DNA of 64,000 nucleotides from Heptranchias perlo. Its lineage: Eukaryota. The stretch spans positions 73,966,001 through 74,030,000 of the forward strand of contig NC_090334.1 in assembly GCF_035084215.1 (NCBI RefSeq), in the 5' to 3' direction. Of this stretch, positions 36,046 through 47,779 are shown in pieces; the first letter of the stretch is position 1; every line of letters starts with the position of its first letter. The notes below the pieces were generated by a model. It did not search any database and was not told the origin of the DNA. It was given only the letters and a program-made list of their open reading frames with translations. The translations under genes were made by a program, and so were the position numbers.

Positions 36046-37573
36046 CTGGAACACAGAACAGAAGCACACGATTAAGAGCTGTACAAATGTGCACCCAGTA
36101 TCCCAATCAGAAAACATGGGGCAGCACAAAGCTTTTCAAAAAAACAAAAGGGAATTCAGGTACTGGCAGTCTGATCTTCTGTTGACTCGGTAGCCCAGGA
36201 ATTTTGATTTTCAACTCTCACTTCGTGGGAAGAGGAGTAGGCAATTCAACCCCTCGAGCCTGTTCCACTCATTCTGTTAATGAGATCAGGATCCTCCAAG
36301 AACTAAGGCTTTTACTGTACAGCTTCACTTGAAAGTCTGCATGCCAGTTGATCATCAGTGTAGACTACATATTAAGAGTTAAGCCTTTTGGGCTACTGAT
36401 TAAAACAAAAAACTACATTAATTAGAGAATTGCTTCAAGCCCCCAATACAAATGTACCAGAAAATTTTACATGGGAGTGCACAGTTGACAAAGATAATAA
36501 AATTTTGGAATACAAAACTTGTAGTGCTGGAAATAGCTTCTGTTCACTGAATGAAAGAACTTCTTCAAAATAATAAGAGTATGCTAATAAATCCATTATT
36601 TGTTTTGATGATTATTGGTCAATTATTGAAGTCCTGATACAAAATGTCAATTTATTGCAATGCTCAACTTCCTTGGTATGAGCTTGGAGATCAGATTTCA
36701 ACAGATTCAGGAACATTCATACAATACCATTTGAACGTAGTGACAAGAACATTCTCCCCGGGGACGTATACTGTTGAGAAATGAATCAAATTTACAGAGA
36801 TCCTAACATCGCAGTGCCTTCCGACGAATTTCGTCATGTAAGAAGATATGCCAAGGTTCGGATTTCGACTGCTAGAGCTCCACAATCAGCTATTCGAGAC
36901 GTGATATCCAAGTATGCACTGATTGCCGCCTTATGTGCAGTGTTTGGAAGGTTTCGCTGAGGTCAGCCTAAACCAGAGACTAATTATGTTTTTGTACAAC
37001 GATTTGTACCATGGTCAGGGATAAAACTGGATCTGGATCAGTTCAGAAGGTGAGGGAAATTGAAAGGTGGCCGTGACCTCTGCTAAGTCCCACACTGCCT
37101 TTTCCCTCCTTGAGGCAGTTGGTGCTTCTCGGGCCACTTCTACAATCCTTATCACCAGTTAGGTTTGTATGATCCCAACCAAAGAAACTTTTTCTAAACC
37201 TGAAGCCAGTTCCAGGAAATTCTCTCTAAGTGTATGCTCCAACTTTCATTGCCAATGTGCGATATCATGTATACACCCATAAAGACACCTGTGGAAATTA
37301 ATCTTTTAAGTTTCAACTGCCTGACTCTCCAGCAATAATCTTATTACTGCCACCGTACACATTGTTTTGCACTGAACTGAACTAGGAGGTTTTTAAATTA
37401 AACCAGTAATGCAGCCTGAATAATTTTAATACATTCACAGAATTCTAGGGACTGGTAAAGTGAACATTTAACTATAATTAGTTAAACTGGAGAATTAAAC
37501 ACCAGATTTTTTTTTAAATGTAAAAAATTTTTTTTTAAAAAAAACAATGCAAAAAAGGTCCAAATCTCTTTAC

Positions 37574-37639
37574 CTTTGCGTTCTTCCAGTTTGATATGCA
37601 CGGAGGAATTTTCCACTCTTGCTGCTCTTTCACAGTCAT
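37574..37639 (-). CDS. SNW1: SNW1 exon 8 (SNW signature)
   Basis: MTVKEQQEWKIPPCISNWKNAK; 66 nt; AG/GT. Confidence 0.97.
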
Positions 37640-37811
37640 CTGAAACAAAGAAATGCAAATGCTGCATTAAAGGAACACAACAAACTCAAACGAGGAGTTA
37701 GGGAAAGGAAAGCTCTCAACTTCTGCATAGCAAGGCTGAGTTGGAAAAAAATAAGCACATTACTGTGGCAGCATTCTAAAAGGTTTCAGACTTCAGGCAG
37801 GAAGAAACCAA

Positions 37812-38140
37812 CGTGCATTTGTATCACTTCCCCAGGACATCCCAAAGAGCTTCACGTGAACTACTTTTGAAGTGCAGTCACTTGGAAATTGTTATGTAGG
37901 CAAATGTGGCAGCCAATTGTGTGCACAGCAAGATCTCACAAACAGTAAATGAATCACCAGTTAAATGCTTTTTTTTGGTGGGATTAAAGGAGTTTAAGAC
38001 ACTAGGAAAAGTCCTTGCTCTTTGAATAGTTCAATGGGATCTGCTAGTCTGTGCAAGCAGGTGGTACCTTGGTATAGGTTTCATCCAAGAAATCACAACT
38101 GAAGTGTCAGCCTAGAATACATGCTCAGGTCCTGGAGAGG
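37812..38140 (-). mobile_element. DeuSINE, degenerate
   Basis: + strand CCAGGACATCCCAAAG..GCAGCCAATTGTGTGCACAGCAAG..GAAGTGTCAGCCTAGA, same blocks as 1405-1830. Confidence 0.6.
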
Positions 38141-39381
38141 GTTCAGCATTTTGGGATTAGGGAGACAAGAAAACAACCAGAGTTCATGCTCCTAATCACA
38201 GAATTTTACAGCACAGAAGGTGGCCATTTGACCCATTGTGCCTGTGCCAGCTCTCTGAAAGCTATCCATTTAGTCCCCTTTTCCCATACCCTTTTTCAAA
38301 TTCGACCCACTTCCCTTTTAAAAGCTATTATGGATTCTGCTTCCACCACTGTTTTGGGTAGGGCATTCCATATCCTAATGACAGCTCTGTGTAAAAACAA
38401 ATCTCCTAACATGTCTCTTTGTTCTTTTGATGTTCTTAGAACAATGCACTCTAGTTACTGACTCACCGACAGTTATATAGCAACTCTTGCTGTAAGTGTA
38501 CTTGTGGATGGGAGGCAAAGACAGGATTGGGTTCGGCAGTGATGCTCCCCGTAACCAAAATAGCCTGTCGATACCATCTAGATAACAAATGGACAGTTGG
38601 CTAAGGTACTGGTGGGCACTCGAGGAATTGTACCCCAGCAAGGGATTAATGTTTTCATGACACGAAGAGGGGAAGGCGGGGAAAGACTGGCAGAAAAAGA
38701 TATTTAAAAAGTTTTTTTAAAAGAATTACGCACAGACAGGAAAACATCCAGGGCTTCAGATGGCATCACGAACCATGATTAGTCAACATCTGAACCCAAG
38801 ACGCCCTAGAATGCACTCCAACATGTGCCGTTCTACATTCGTTTCTGGGGCTATTTTTTTGGGGAGTTTGATTCTCCCGGTGATGGATGTCACGGCAAAC
38901 TTTAATGGACAGCGGGCTGCATAATCAAGTAACAACAGTGACGCATTCTACTTTGCTGCAGAGTGATTATACTGTATTTTATTTCTCCATTGCAAGTTGC
39001 AGGGCAGTGTGGGCTCTGTTAGCAATATTTGCTGCTCCTCTCCACCACACCGTTTTCCCAACATACTTCACTTCGCTGTCAAAAGATAACACAGGAAGTT
39101 TTAATCCATCTGCAGTAATTGAGTTTGCATGGCACTAAAGCCATAATTCTGGCATGGGGATTTAATTCATTATTGCTAGAGCTACAGAGGCACCTAAAGC
39201 TACTATTCAATCAGCTGATGATGAAGGCATCACAGTACAGCTAGATGTACGACTTAAGCTGCTGTGTTATTAAAGACACTTGAAATACAGCTTTCATCTG
39301 TAATTTAAAAAAAACACAGTAAAGCCCTCAGTGAAATACTGGTGAGCACTGTTATCCTGCTCTAGTTGATTGTTCTCCTAC

Positions 39382-39451
39382 CTTTCTGCTCGGTGAGTGC
39401 ATGACAGGTGCGGGAGGAGACGGGGGACCTCGAGGAATCTTCTTATTAATC
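39382..39451 (-). CDS. SNW1: SNW1 exon 7
   Basis: (K)INKKIPRGPPSPPAPVMHSPSRK; 70 nt. Confidence 0.97.
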
Positions 39452-39849
39452 CTAAAAAATGACAGAACAAAGCTGGTCAGAATGATCTCGTCGAGAAGTA
39501 ACAGAAAAACGATAAACACATGTAGGTTTCTGATCCACACGCCAACCTCAGTATTGGAATGCAGTGCAACGTAACTAGTGGAAGCAGAACTGTCAAATTT
39601 TTGACTTTTTTTTTCCAAAATAGTCTGGGGCTGAGAAATTGCCCAATGTCTGGTCATATGGAAATATATCAGGCTATCGTATGTGACGTTGGGATCCTTG
39701 AAAGTCATACGCACATTCAGATTTCATGACAGCACTGCTTCAAAGTTTCACACCCGCTGTTATGAAAGAGCAATGCCAGTGCGAATCACCGTCAAAAAAA
39801 ACAATTTGGCCCATTAAAACTTCTGCACCTAACACTGTTATCCACTTAC

Positions 39850-39954
39850 TTGAATCGAGGAGGTTCCATCGGGTCCTTTTGCATTTCCACCATCCTGATA
39901 ACTCTCTGTTTAGCTCCCGAGTTGAAAGCAACACCTTGTTGAGAAGGAGTGTAT
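39850..39954 (-). CDS. SNW1: SNW1 exon 6
   Basis: (R)YTPSQQGVAFNSGAKQRVIRMVEMQKDPMEPPRF(K); 105 nt; donor GTAAGT. Confidence 0.97.
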
Positions 39955-40569
39955 CTGAGCACAGTGAAGAAAAAAAAAACTTTAATCTGTTGGTATGGTC
40001 AATTTTTACATACCTGCACACGTAATTCTTTAAAACTACACTACTACTAGTAAAATAAGGCATGTACTGCAATTCAAATACCAGATGAATTGTTAGTCTT
40101 TGGATTAACTGTGGGGAATGTCGATATTCTGTATTGCAACAAATAAAAGTAAAGTTCCACATTACATGACCGTTGGCACTCGTGCACAAAATACACCGTG
40201 TAAAAGTGGTCAGACTATTCTCTGACATGAGGCTTAATGTATGCCAAATCTCTACTTTCTTCATCTGTGGTGATAAACATTTGTATAACTAGCCTATAAA
40301 TTAATGCGATCTCCCCTTCCCTAGTAGGGGTTAGACCCGGGAGTGTGCACCTGGAGCCACTCTACAGCTTGCATCTGAAGAGCCTTTCAATCCAATTACA
40401 ACAACGTGACAAGTGCAATGTATAGCATTAGACTTTGTGATACACACAGGATTCAAGATTCTAACTGTCCTTCTATAGACATTTGTGCAAGGTTCTGAAA
40501 GCACCTTGTTTCTAATATGCTGACGAACCAGTGGTTTCAGTTAGCTACCAGTTGTACACAGTACTCCAT

Positions 40570-41085
40570 CTGGAGTACTCCATTTAGCGTTGCGCACCAT
40601 ACCTCAGGAAAGGTGTATCCTCCGTGGAAGGGTACAGTGTAGCTTCACCAGAATGATACAGGGCTTAAAGGATTAAGTTACAAGGAAAGGTTGCATAAAC
40701 TTGGCCCTTGAGTATAGAGGGTGATCTAATTGAGGTGATTAACAGGATTTGATAGGGCGGATACTGAGGCACTATTTCATCTGGCGGGGGAATCCAGAAC
40801 AAGGCGGCAGAATCTGAAAGCTAGGCCATTGAGGAATGAAATCTGGAAACACTTTTCTTTTGACACAAAGAGTAGTGGGAATTTGAACTCACCCCCTGAA
40901 AAAGCTGTAGATGCTGGAGGTGGGGGTCAATTGATTTTTTTCCCCCCCAAGACTGAGATTGATAGATTTTTGTTGAGCAAGTGTATTGAGGGATATGGAG
41001 CAAAGACAGGTAAATGGTGTTGAGGTACAGATCAACCATGATCTCAGGCTCGAGAGACTGAACGGCCTACTCCTCTTCCTAAGAT
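40570..41085 (+). mobile_element. CR1 3' fragment, degenerate
   Basis: FTRMIQGLKGLSYKERLHKLG..; 3' GGCCTACTCCT stem region. Confidence 0.7.
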
Positions 41086-41713
41086 CCTACCATTTCTGCA
41101 ATGTTACTTTTGTTAAAAAGTTATTAATGGAGTGGGAATCAAATATCCCCCCCTGCACCCTCCCCCCCCCACAGCCTAAACTGTATTGTGTGTAACAGCG
41201 CTATACTAAACAGATTTTTGTGGAGACAAGAAAGAGTGCTTGCTTCTGAATCAGCCAATGGCATCAGATTATAGAGAAATTACATCTAATTTTTTAGGTC
41301 TTTTTGCAACATTCATTCCCAACCTGGGAGAGTGGGCAGCTCACTTGATATTAGGTCTGTGCCAGTGTTTTAGGGCCAACACAAGCATGGTCAACTATAA
41401 ACGCTCGAGCATTTGGAGCAAGGATGGCTGCCGTCATCAGTCCGATAACATCATAGAGGAATCCATCTGCTGGATTTAGCCCATTCCTCTTGAAGGGGAA
41501 AGATTCTCAAGCTTTCATTACCATCTTCTGATAGCTCAGCTGAGATCAGAAGCTCACTGCATGGGGCAGCTGTGCAATCAGACCCTGCATCCAAGCGCTG
41601 CTAAGCACTGCACACTAGACTGCACTGATTACCAGGGCACTGGGCTCATTCTAAAAGCCAATTTAAAACTTGGATATCCAAAACATGAATACTGCTCAAA
41701 TGATGCTTCTAAC

Positions 41714-41820
41714 CTGATGTACTGTGCAGGGGCTAGTTTCTCAGCTGCCCGAACAGGCATGGCTGCTGCAACCTTCTGTGAAACTTGTTTTTCAAGAGCC
41801 GAACGCGTCTTTTCAGTCAA
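41714..41820 (-). CDS. SNW1: SNW1 exon 5
   Basis: LTEKTRSALEKQVSQKVAAAMPVRAAEKLAPAQYI(R); 107 nt. Confidence 0.97.
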
Positions 41821-42229
41821 CTGCAATTCAAATAAAGAAAATTTAGCAGGTTAATATGCATTTCCATACCTACAGGTTTTATGTGGTCAACTTTTAAAAC
41901 AATGCAGGCAATTCTACCTTTAATCTTCATTTTCAAGGACTAATGGGCTGTTTTACCCAAGGCAAAGTCAACCGTCAAACTGTATTAGTTTTAAAACTGA
42001 GGTATTAGAAACATCACGTCTCAGAACATGTGAAGCTACCCATTCCCAACGGATAGAGCGTAATCCTATCCTCAATTAAGGATTTTTTATTCCTACTGTA
42101 CTAACATTTCAGTTTTCCTTTCAACAGACATCACATACACTATCTGCTGCAGCAGAGGATTAGCAATAATGCTGAAAAGTAATCATGCTGATGTTAAAAG
42201 TCTTTTTTCCTCCAATTCTCTCATCACGC

Positions 42230-42575
42230 AGTTATTGGTAGGCCTCCGACAGGCTCACTCCTGCAGCCATTCATGTTCGAAACTTGACGGTTAACATCAG
42301 CAGGCTATTTAACTGCAAGGAGCATCACAGACTCCCCCACCCAACATCCAGAGACGTACATCTTACAGCAGGGGTCACTGGCTAGCGACGAGGAATGGCA
42401 GAGGAGTGATTTTTCCTCTCTATATATCAGTGATGCTGTAGCCAACTATAATAGCCATGATTCTATGCCAAATAAGATTAAGCAACTCAGTACTGATCAG
42501 GGACTGAACCTGGGACTTTGATGGTCTGTGTGTCTCAGTAGCACAATGTGCAGTATATTACCAACTGAGCCATCA
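42230..42575 (-). mobile_element. AmnSINE2-like ancient SINE
   Basis: Minus-strand head TGGCTCAGTTGGTAA..GTCCCAGGTTCAGTCCCTGATCAGTACTGAG..CCAGTGACCCCTGCTG..TGTGATGCTCC..AAATAGCCTGC. Confidence 0.6.
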
Positions 42576-42994
42576 GAATGCTCTTTTTTAAAAAAAAGTT
42601 AAATCTAAGTTTTAACTTGCTCATATTCTTTCTTGTGTTTCCCTGGGTCCATTGACCTGGACTCAACTTCAGTACTGAGCATGGGTGCAGAACATGCAAA
42701 TACATGGCTTATACACATTCAGCTTAATTACAGCACATGGAAGCCCCCCATTTTATGATAACAAAAAAAAAATGGATTTACAATATTGAAATGTCTCAAA
42801 GCACTTAACACATTTTGGAGTGCAGTGACTTAATACATACATAAACTGAGCAGCCATTCTGTGTACAGCTGACAATAATATAATACCTTTCATGCAACAA
42901 AATGCCCCAAGATGCTACACATGGGGAATGGAGACCACCACACAAACAGCAATAAGCTGAATATGAAAAGGATTTGCATTCATATAGCATCTTT

Positions 42995-45400
42995 CATAGA
43001 GGCAACAAGGGGGCAAGCCATACTAGATTTAGTAATGAGTAATGAACCAGATTTAGTTAACGGCTTAACTGTGCGTGAACATCTATCCAATAGCGATCAT
43101 AACATGATCGAGTTCAAAGTAGTGTTTGAAAGGGAAAAAAGTGAATCAGCTGCTAAGATTCTAGACTTGGGCAAGGCCGACTTCAATGGGATGAGACAGA
43201 GACTGTCCACAGTAAACTGGGCAAATCTGTTAATGGGTAAAACGACTGATGATCAGTGGGAAATGTTTAAACGACATACAGACCCGGTTTATACCCCTGA
43301 GGGGCAAGAACGCTACTTGCCAAAAAAAAAGCCATGGACAACTAAAGAGGTAAGGGACAGTATAAGACATAAGGAAAGGGCGTACAAAAAGGCAAAAAAT
43401 GGCACAGATCCTGGCGAATGGGAAAGATACAAAGATCAACAAAGGGTCACAAAACAGATAGTAAGAACTACAAAAAGAGAGTATGAAAAGAAACTCGCAA
43501 GGGATATCAAAATCAATACGAAGAACTTTTATGGTTATATTAGGAAAAAGAGGGTGGTCAGGAGCAGTGTTGGCCCCTTAAAAACTGAAAGTGGGGATAT
43601 TGTCATCGACAATGGGGAAATGACGGACATGTTGAACAATTACTTTGCGTCAGTATTTACAGTAGAAAAAGAGGATAGCATGCCGGAAATCCCAAGAAAA
43701 CTAATACTGAATCGGGGAGAGGGACTCGATAAAATTAACATAAGTAAAGCAACAGTAATGAAGAAATCCATGCTGGCTCTCTCTGATTAACTGAAAATTC
43801 CCGAGGTGTTCAGAAAATAATAGCACTAAAGAGTGACAAATCCCCAGGACCAGATGGTTTCCATCCCAGGGTTTTAAAGGAAGTGGGTGAGCACATTGTG
43901 GATGCCCTAACTGTAATCTTTCAAAGTTCTCTAGATTCAGGAACTGTCCCTCTAGATTGGAAAATTGCACATGTCACTCTGCTTTTTAAGAAAGGAGAGA
44001 GAGAGAAACCAGGGAATTATAGACCAGTTAGCTTAACATCTGTTGTGGGGAAAATGCTGGAGTCTATAATTAAGGATAGGGTGACTGAACACCTCGGGAA
44101 TTTTCAGTTAATCAGAGAGAGCCAGCATGGATTTGTGAAAGGTAGGTCGTGCCTGACAAACCTGATTGAATTTTTTGAAGAGGTGACTAAAGTAGTGGAC
44201 AGGGGAATGTCAATGGATGTTATTTATATGGACTTCCAGAAGGCATTTGATAAGATCCCACATAAGAGACTGTTAGCTAAGATAGAAGCCCATGGAATCA
44301 AGGGAAAAATATGGACTTGGTTAGGAAGTTGGCTGAGCGAAAGGCGACAAAGAGTAGGGATAATGGGTAGGTACTCACATTGGCAGGATGTGACTAGTGG
44401 AGTCCCGCAGGGATCTATCTTGGGGCCTCAATTATTCACAATATTTATTAATGACTTGGATGAAGGCATAGAAAGTCTCATATCTAAGTTTGCCGATGAC
44501 ACAAAGATTGGTGGCATTGTAAGCAGTGTAGATGAAAACATAAAATTACAAAGTGATATTGATAGATTAGGTGAATGGGCAAAACTGTGGCAAATGGAAC
44601 TCAATGCAGACAAATGTGAGGTTATCCACTTTGGATCAAAAAAGGATAGAACAGGGTACTTTCTAAATGGTAAAAAGTTAAAAACAGTGGATGTCCAAAG
44701 GGACTTAGGGGTTCAGGTACATAGATCATTGAAGTGTCATGAACAGGAGCAGAAAATAATCAAGAAGGCTAATGGAATGCTGGCCTTTATATCTAGAGGA
44801 CTAGAGTACAAGGGGGCAGAAGTTATGCTGCAGCTATACAAAAGCCTGGTTAGACCGCACCTGGAGTACTGCGAGCAGTTCTGGGCACCGCACCTTCGGA
44901 AGGACATATTGGCCTTGGAGGGAGTGCAGCGTAGGTTTACTAGAATGATACTCGGACTTCAAGGGTTAAGTTACGAGGAGAGATTACACAAATTAGGGTT
45001 GTATTCTCTAGAGTTTCGAAGGTTAAGGGGTGATCTGATCGAAGTTTATAAGATATTAAGGGGAACAGATAGGGTGGATAGAGAGAAACTATTTCCGCTG
45101 GTTGGGGATTTTAGGAGTAGGCGGCTCAGTCTAAAAATTAGAGCCAGACCTTTCAGGAGCGAGATTAGAAAACATTTCTACACACAAAGGGTGGTAGAAG
45201 TTTGGAACTCTCTTCCGCAAACGGCAATTGATACTAGCTCAATTGCTAAATTTAAATCTGAGATAGATAGCTTTTTGGCAACCAAAGGTATTAAGGGATA
45301 TGGGCCAAAGGCAGGTATATGGAGTTAGATCATAGATCAGCCATGATCTTATCAAATGGCGGAGCAGGCACGAGGGGCGGAATGGCCTACTCCTGTTCCT
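42995..45400 (+). mobile_element. Young CR1 LINE copy B (in SNW1 intron 4), uninterrupted 481-aa RT/C-terminal ORF
   Basis: ORF 43883-45328 NYRPVSLTSVVGK..YMDFQKAFDK..GVPQGSILGP..KFADDTKIG..WNSLP; upstream ORF 42912-43790; 5'-truncated within the endonuclease. Confidence 0.95.
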
Positions 45401-45404
45401 ATAT

Positions 45405-46010
45405 CCTACCTAGGATGTTCCAAGGTGCGCCATAGGCAATAAATCATTTTTGAAATGTAGTCCCTTCCTTCATTCCACCATTGGCAGTGGAGGTTTCACT
45501 CACCTGGGTTCTACTCTCTAGACTTTCCTCCCTAAACCCTTCCACCTCCCTCTACTTCTTTAAAAACTCCCCAAAACCCATCTCTTTGACCAAGCCCTTC
45601 ATAGTGTATCCCTTCCTGATGCGGCATCTGTTTTCCATGTGACTATCTGTGAAGCACCTTAGGATTTTTTTTTTATTTTCAAAGTGCTATGCAAACACAA
45701 GTTGTTGTTATTCAGGGAAACAAGGCAGCAAATGTGTGCACAGCAAAGTCCACACATACCGCAATTGAGAAAAATAACCAGTTAATCTGTTTGGTGGAGT
45801 TAGCCAAGGAAGGAATGTCTCTACTCCTTTTCAAATAGTGCCATGGGATCTTTAATTCTACCCAACTATTGGAACAGGCAAACTTGGCCTTGGTTTAATA
45901 ACTCATCCAAAAGAAGCATCTCCAACAAGGTAGCACTCTCTCAGTACTGTTAAGCCAAGATTGTTAACTCTCAACTATGGTGTGGGACTTAAACCCACAA
46001 CCTTCTGTGA
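45405..46010. mobile_element. DeuSINE(-) interrupted by an L2 3' fragment (+, ~45470-45710)
   Basis: SINE blocks at 45405-45460 and 45715-46010 flank an L2 tail ..GTGAAGCACCTTAGG..GTGCTATGCAAACACAAGTTGTTG. Confidence 0.55.
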
Positions 46011-46457
46011 CTTTTGGTCACAATTTACCATTGTAAAGTGCCAGGTCAACATTTCCTATTCAACTTTATTATGTCAACTGTCATGATCTAGTTAAAGGCT
46101 CTAGCCCTTGGAGCAACTTTCTGAAGTCTTTCTCCCAAATCCATCACCATCTTGTATATGAAAAAACACTTTATATTCATCAACTAGCTATGGGGAACAT
46201 CACGGACAATTGACCAGTGTTCTGTTAGGAATGTTGAGAGTATAGAAAACTGTGCAAATTTCCATGTTTTTCAACAGTTTAATGAACACGACTCTTTTGC
46301 AATGTATCAAATAACGCTTTGGACAGAAAACCACCTGATTCACCTTTCCAAACCCCCCATCAGATTCCTTACCATTTCACCTGACAATAATATCTCTCAA
46401 ACCAGTAACACACCTCACGCCAATGAATATATACCAACACGTTTATAAACAACATAC

Positions 46458-46553
46458 CTCCTTTATACTTTCTTCATCAGGTCTCTGTAGCTCTGGATCA
46501 TCTTCATTTATGATTTCTTTAGGAATGAGATCGGTAAACTTGCTGTATATCAC
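46458..46553 (-). CDS. SNW1: SNW1 exon 4
   Basis: VIYSKFTDLIPKEIINEDDPELQRPDEESIKE; 96 nt. Confidence 0.96.
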
Positions 46554-46884
46554 CTGGATAGAAAAAAAAGACTTGATTTTCTAATTTATACATACACATA
46601 AAAAACAACCCACGCAATACACTCATTTGAGTTTGAACTGAACAGGAAACGTTCTGATGGCAGGAAAACCACCCACCGTCCCCCGACCCCACAATGGTAC
46701 AATTTAAAGAAATGTTATTTGGGACAGCAGAAGAATCAGAGCATTGGAGCATTAACTCACAATGCCACCAAGTGCTATGATGGCACTCCAAGCCTGCAAT
46801 TCCACTGCTGGAAATAAAAGACAGGGCAACTTAACAGATCAATGGAGAAGAACCAGAGTGGCATTATGATATATTTATCAGTAC

Positions 46885-47046
46885 CTTGTCTTTCGACTGT
46901 CCTTGCCTAGCAACAGCATCAAATTTGATCTTTCCCTCTGCATCCACCTGAACTGCCAATGCATTGGATGCTTTTTTCTTGCGGCCCATTTCCAATGGAA
47001 ACTGTGCCATGTGGACCTCTGGGAATGCACCCCCATCGCCAAAATC
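46885..47046 (-). CDS. SNW1: SNW1 exon 3
   Basis: DFGDGGAFPEVHMAQFPLEMGRKKKASNALAVQVDAEGKIKFDAVARQGQSKDK; 162 nt. Confidence 0.97.
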
Positions 47047-47111
47047 CTGGTGAGAAGAAAAAACAAAGACCAAATCATTACCACCAAGAGCTGTAGAACA
47101 CAAAGTCACAT

Positions 47112-47405
47112 TCATAAGAACATAAGAAATAAGAGCTGGAGTAGGCCATTCAGCCCCTCACGCCTGCTCTGCCATTCAATAAGATCACGGCTGATCTTCT
47201 ACCTCAACTCCACTTTCCCACCCCAATCCCATATCCCTTGATTCCCGTAATATCCAAAAATCTACTGCTCCTTCTTGAATATAACTCAACAACTGAGCAT
47301 CCATAGCCCTCTGGGGTAGAGAATTCCAAATACTCATGACTTTCAGTGAAGAAATTCCTCCTCATCTTGGTCCTAAATGGCCTACCCCGTATTTTGAAAC
47401 TACGA
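47112..47405 (-). mobile_element. CR1 3' fragment
   Basis: (TTCTTATG)n tail and CR1 3' UTR. Confidence 0.75.
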
Positions 47406-47779
47406 TGTCTAGCTGTAGGCTCTGTAGTTCGGGGACAGTTTGCATTTGGTTTAAAAAAAAAATCACACTAATCTTTGTAAACTACTACAGTAACAGCCCA
47501 AAGAAAATTTTGTTTAGGAAGTTAACTGGTGCTAGATGCACAGATATATTAATTGCTACAGATCCAAATAATTATATGTCTGGTCAAAGTCCTCATTCTT
47601 CAAGGTGAAGAACTGTTCGACATTTTATAGCACTTTTGTACAGCTTTTGGGAGAAACACCCCAATGCACATCACTTGCCTGTGTATAAATACTGAGTGCT
47701 GCTCCCACCTCCTGTAGGTTTGTTGGAAGCATATTTGGAAAATGGCGGCACATTTCTCTGCACAAGGCCTTGAATGGGC

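Noticed and set aside
39640-39790. Two-hairpin snoRNA-like segment in SNW1 intron 6
   Set aside because: Stems are present, but there is no proper H box or C box in the expected position.
43883-45328. Novel or domesticated reverse transcriptase gene (retron/group II-like)
   Set aside because: Canonical CR1 ORF2 motifs, CR1 3' UTR, 5' truncation and multiple broken siblings.
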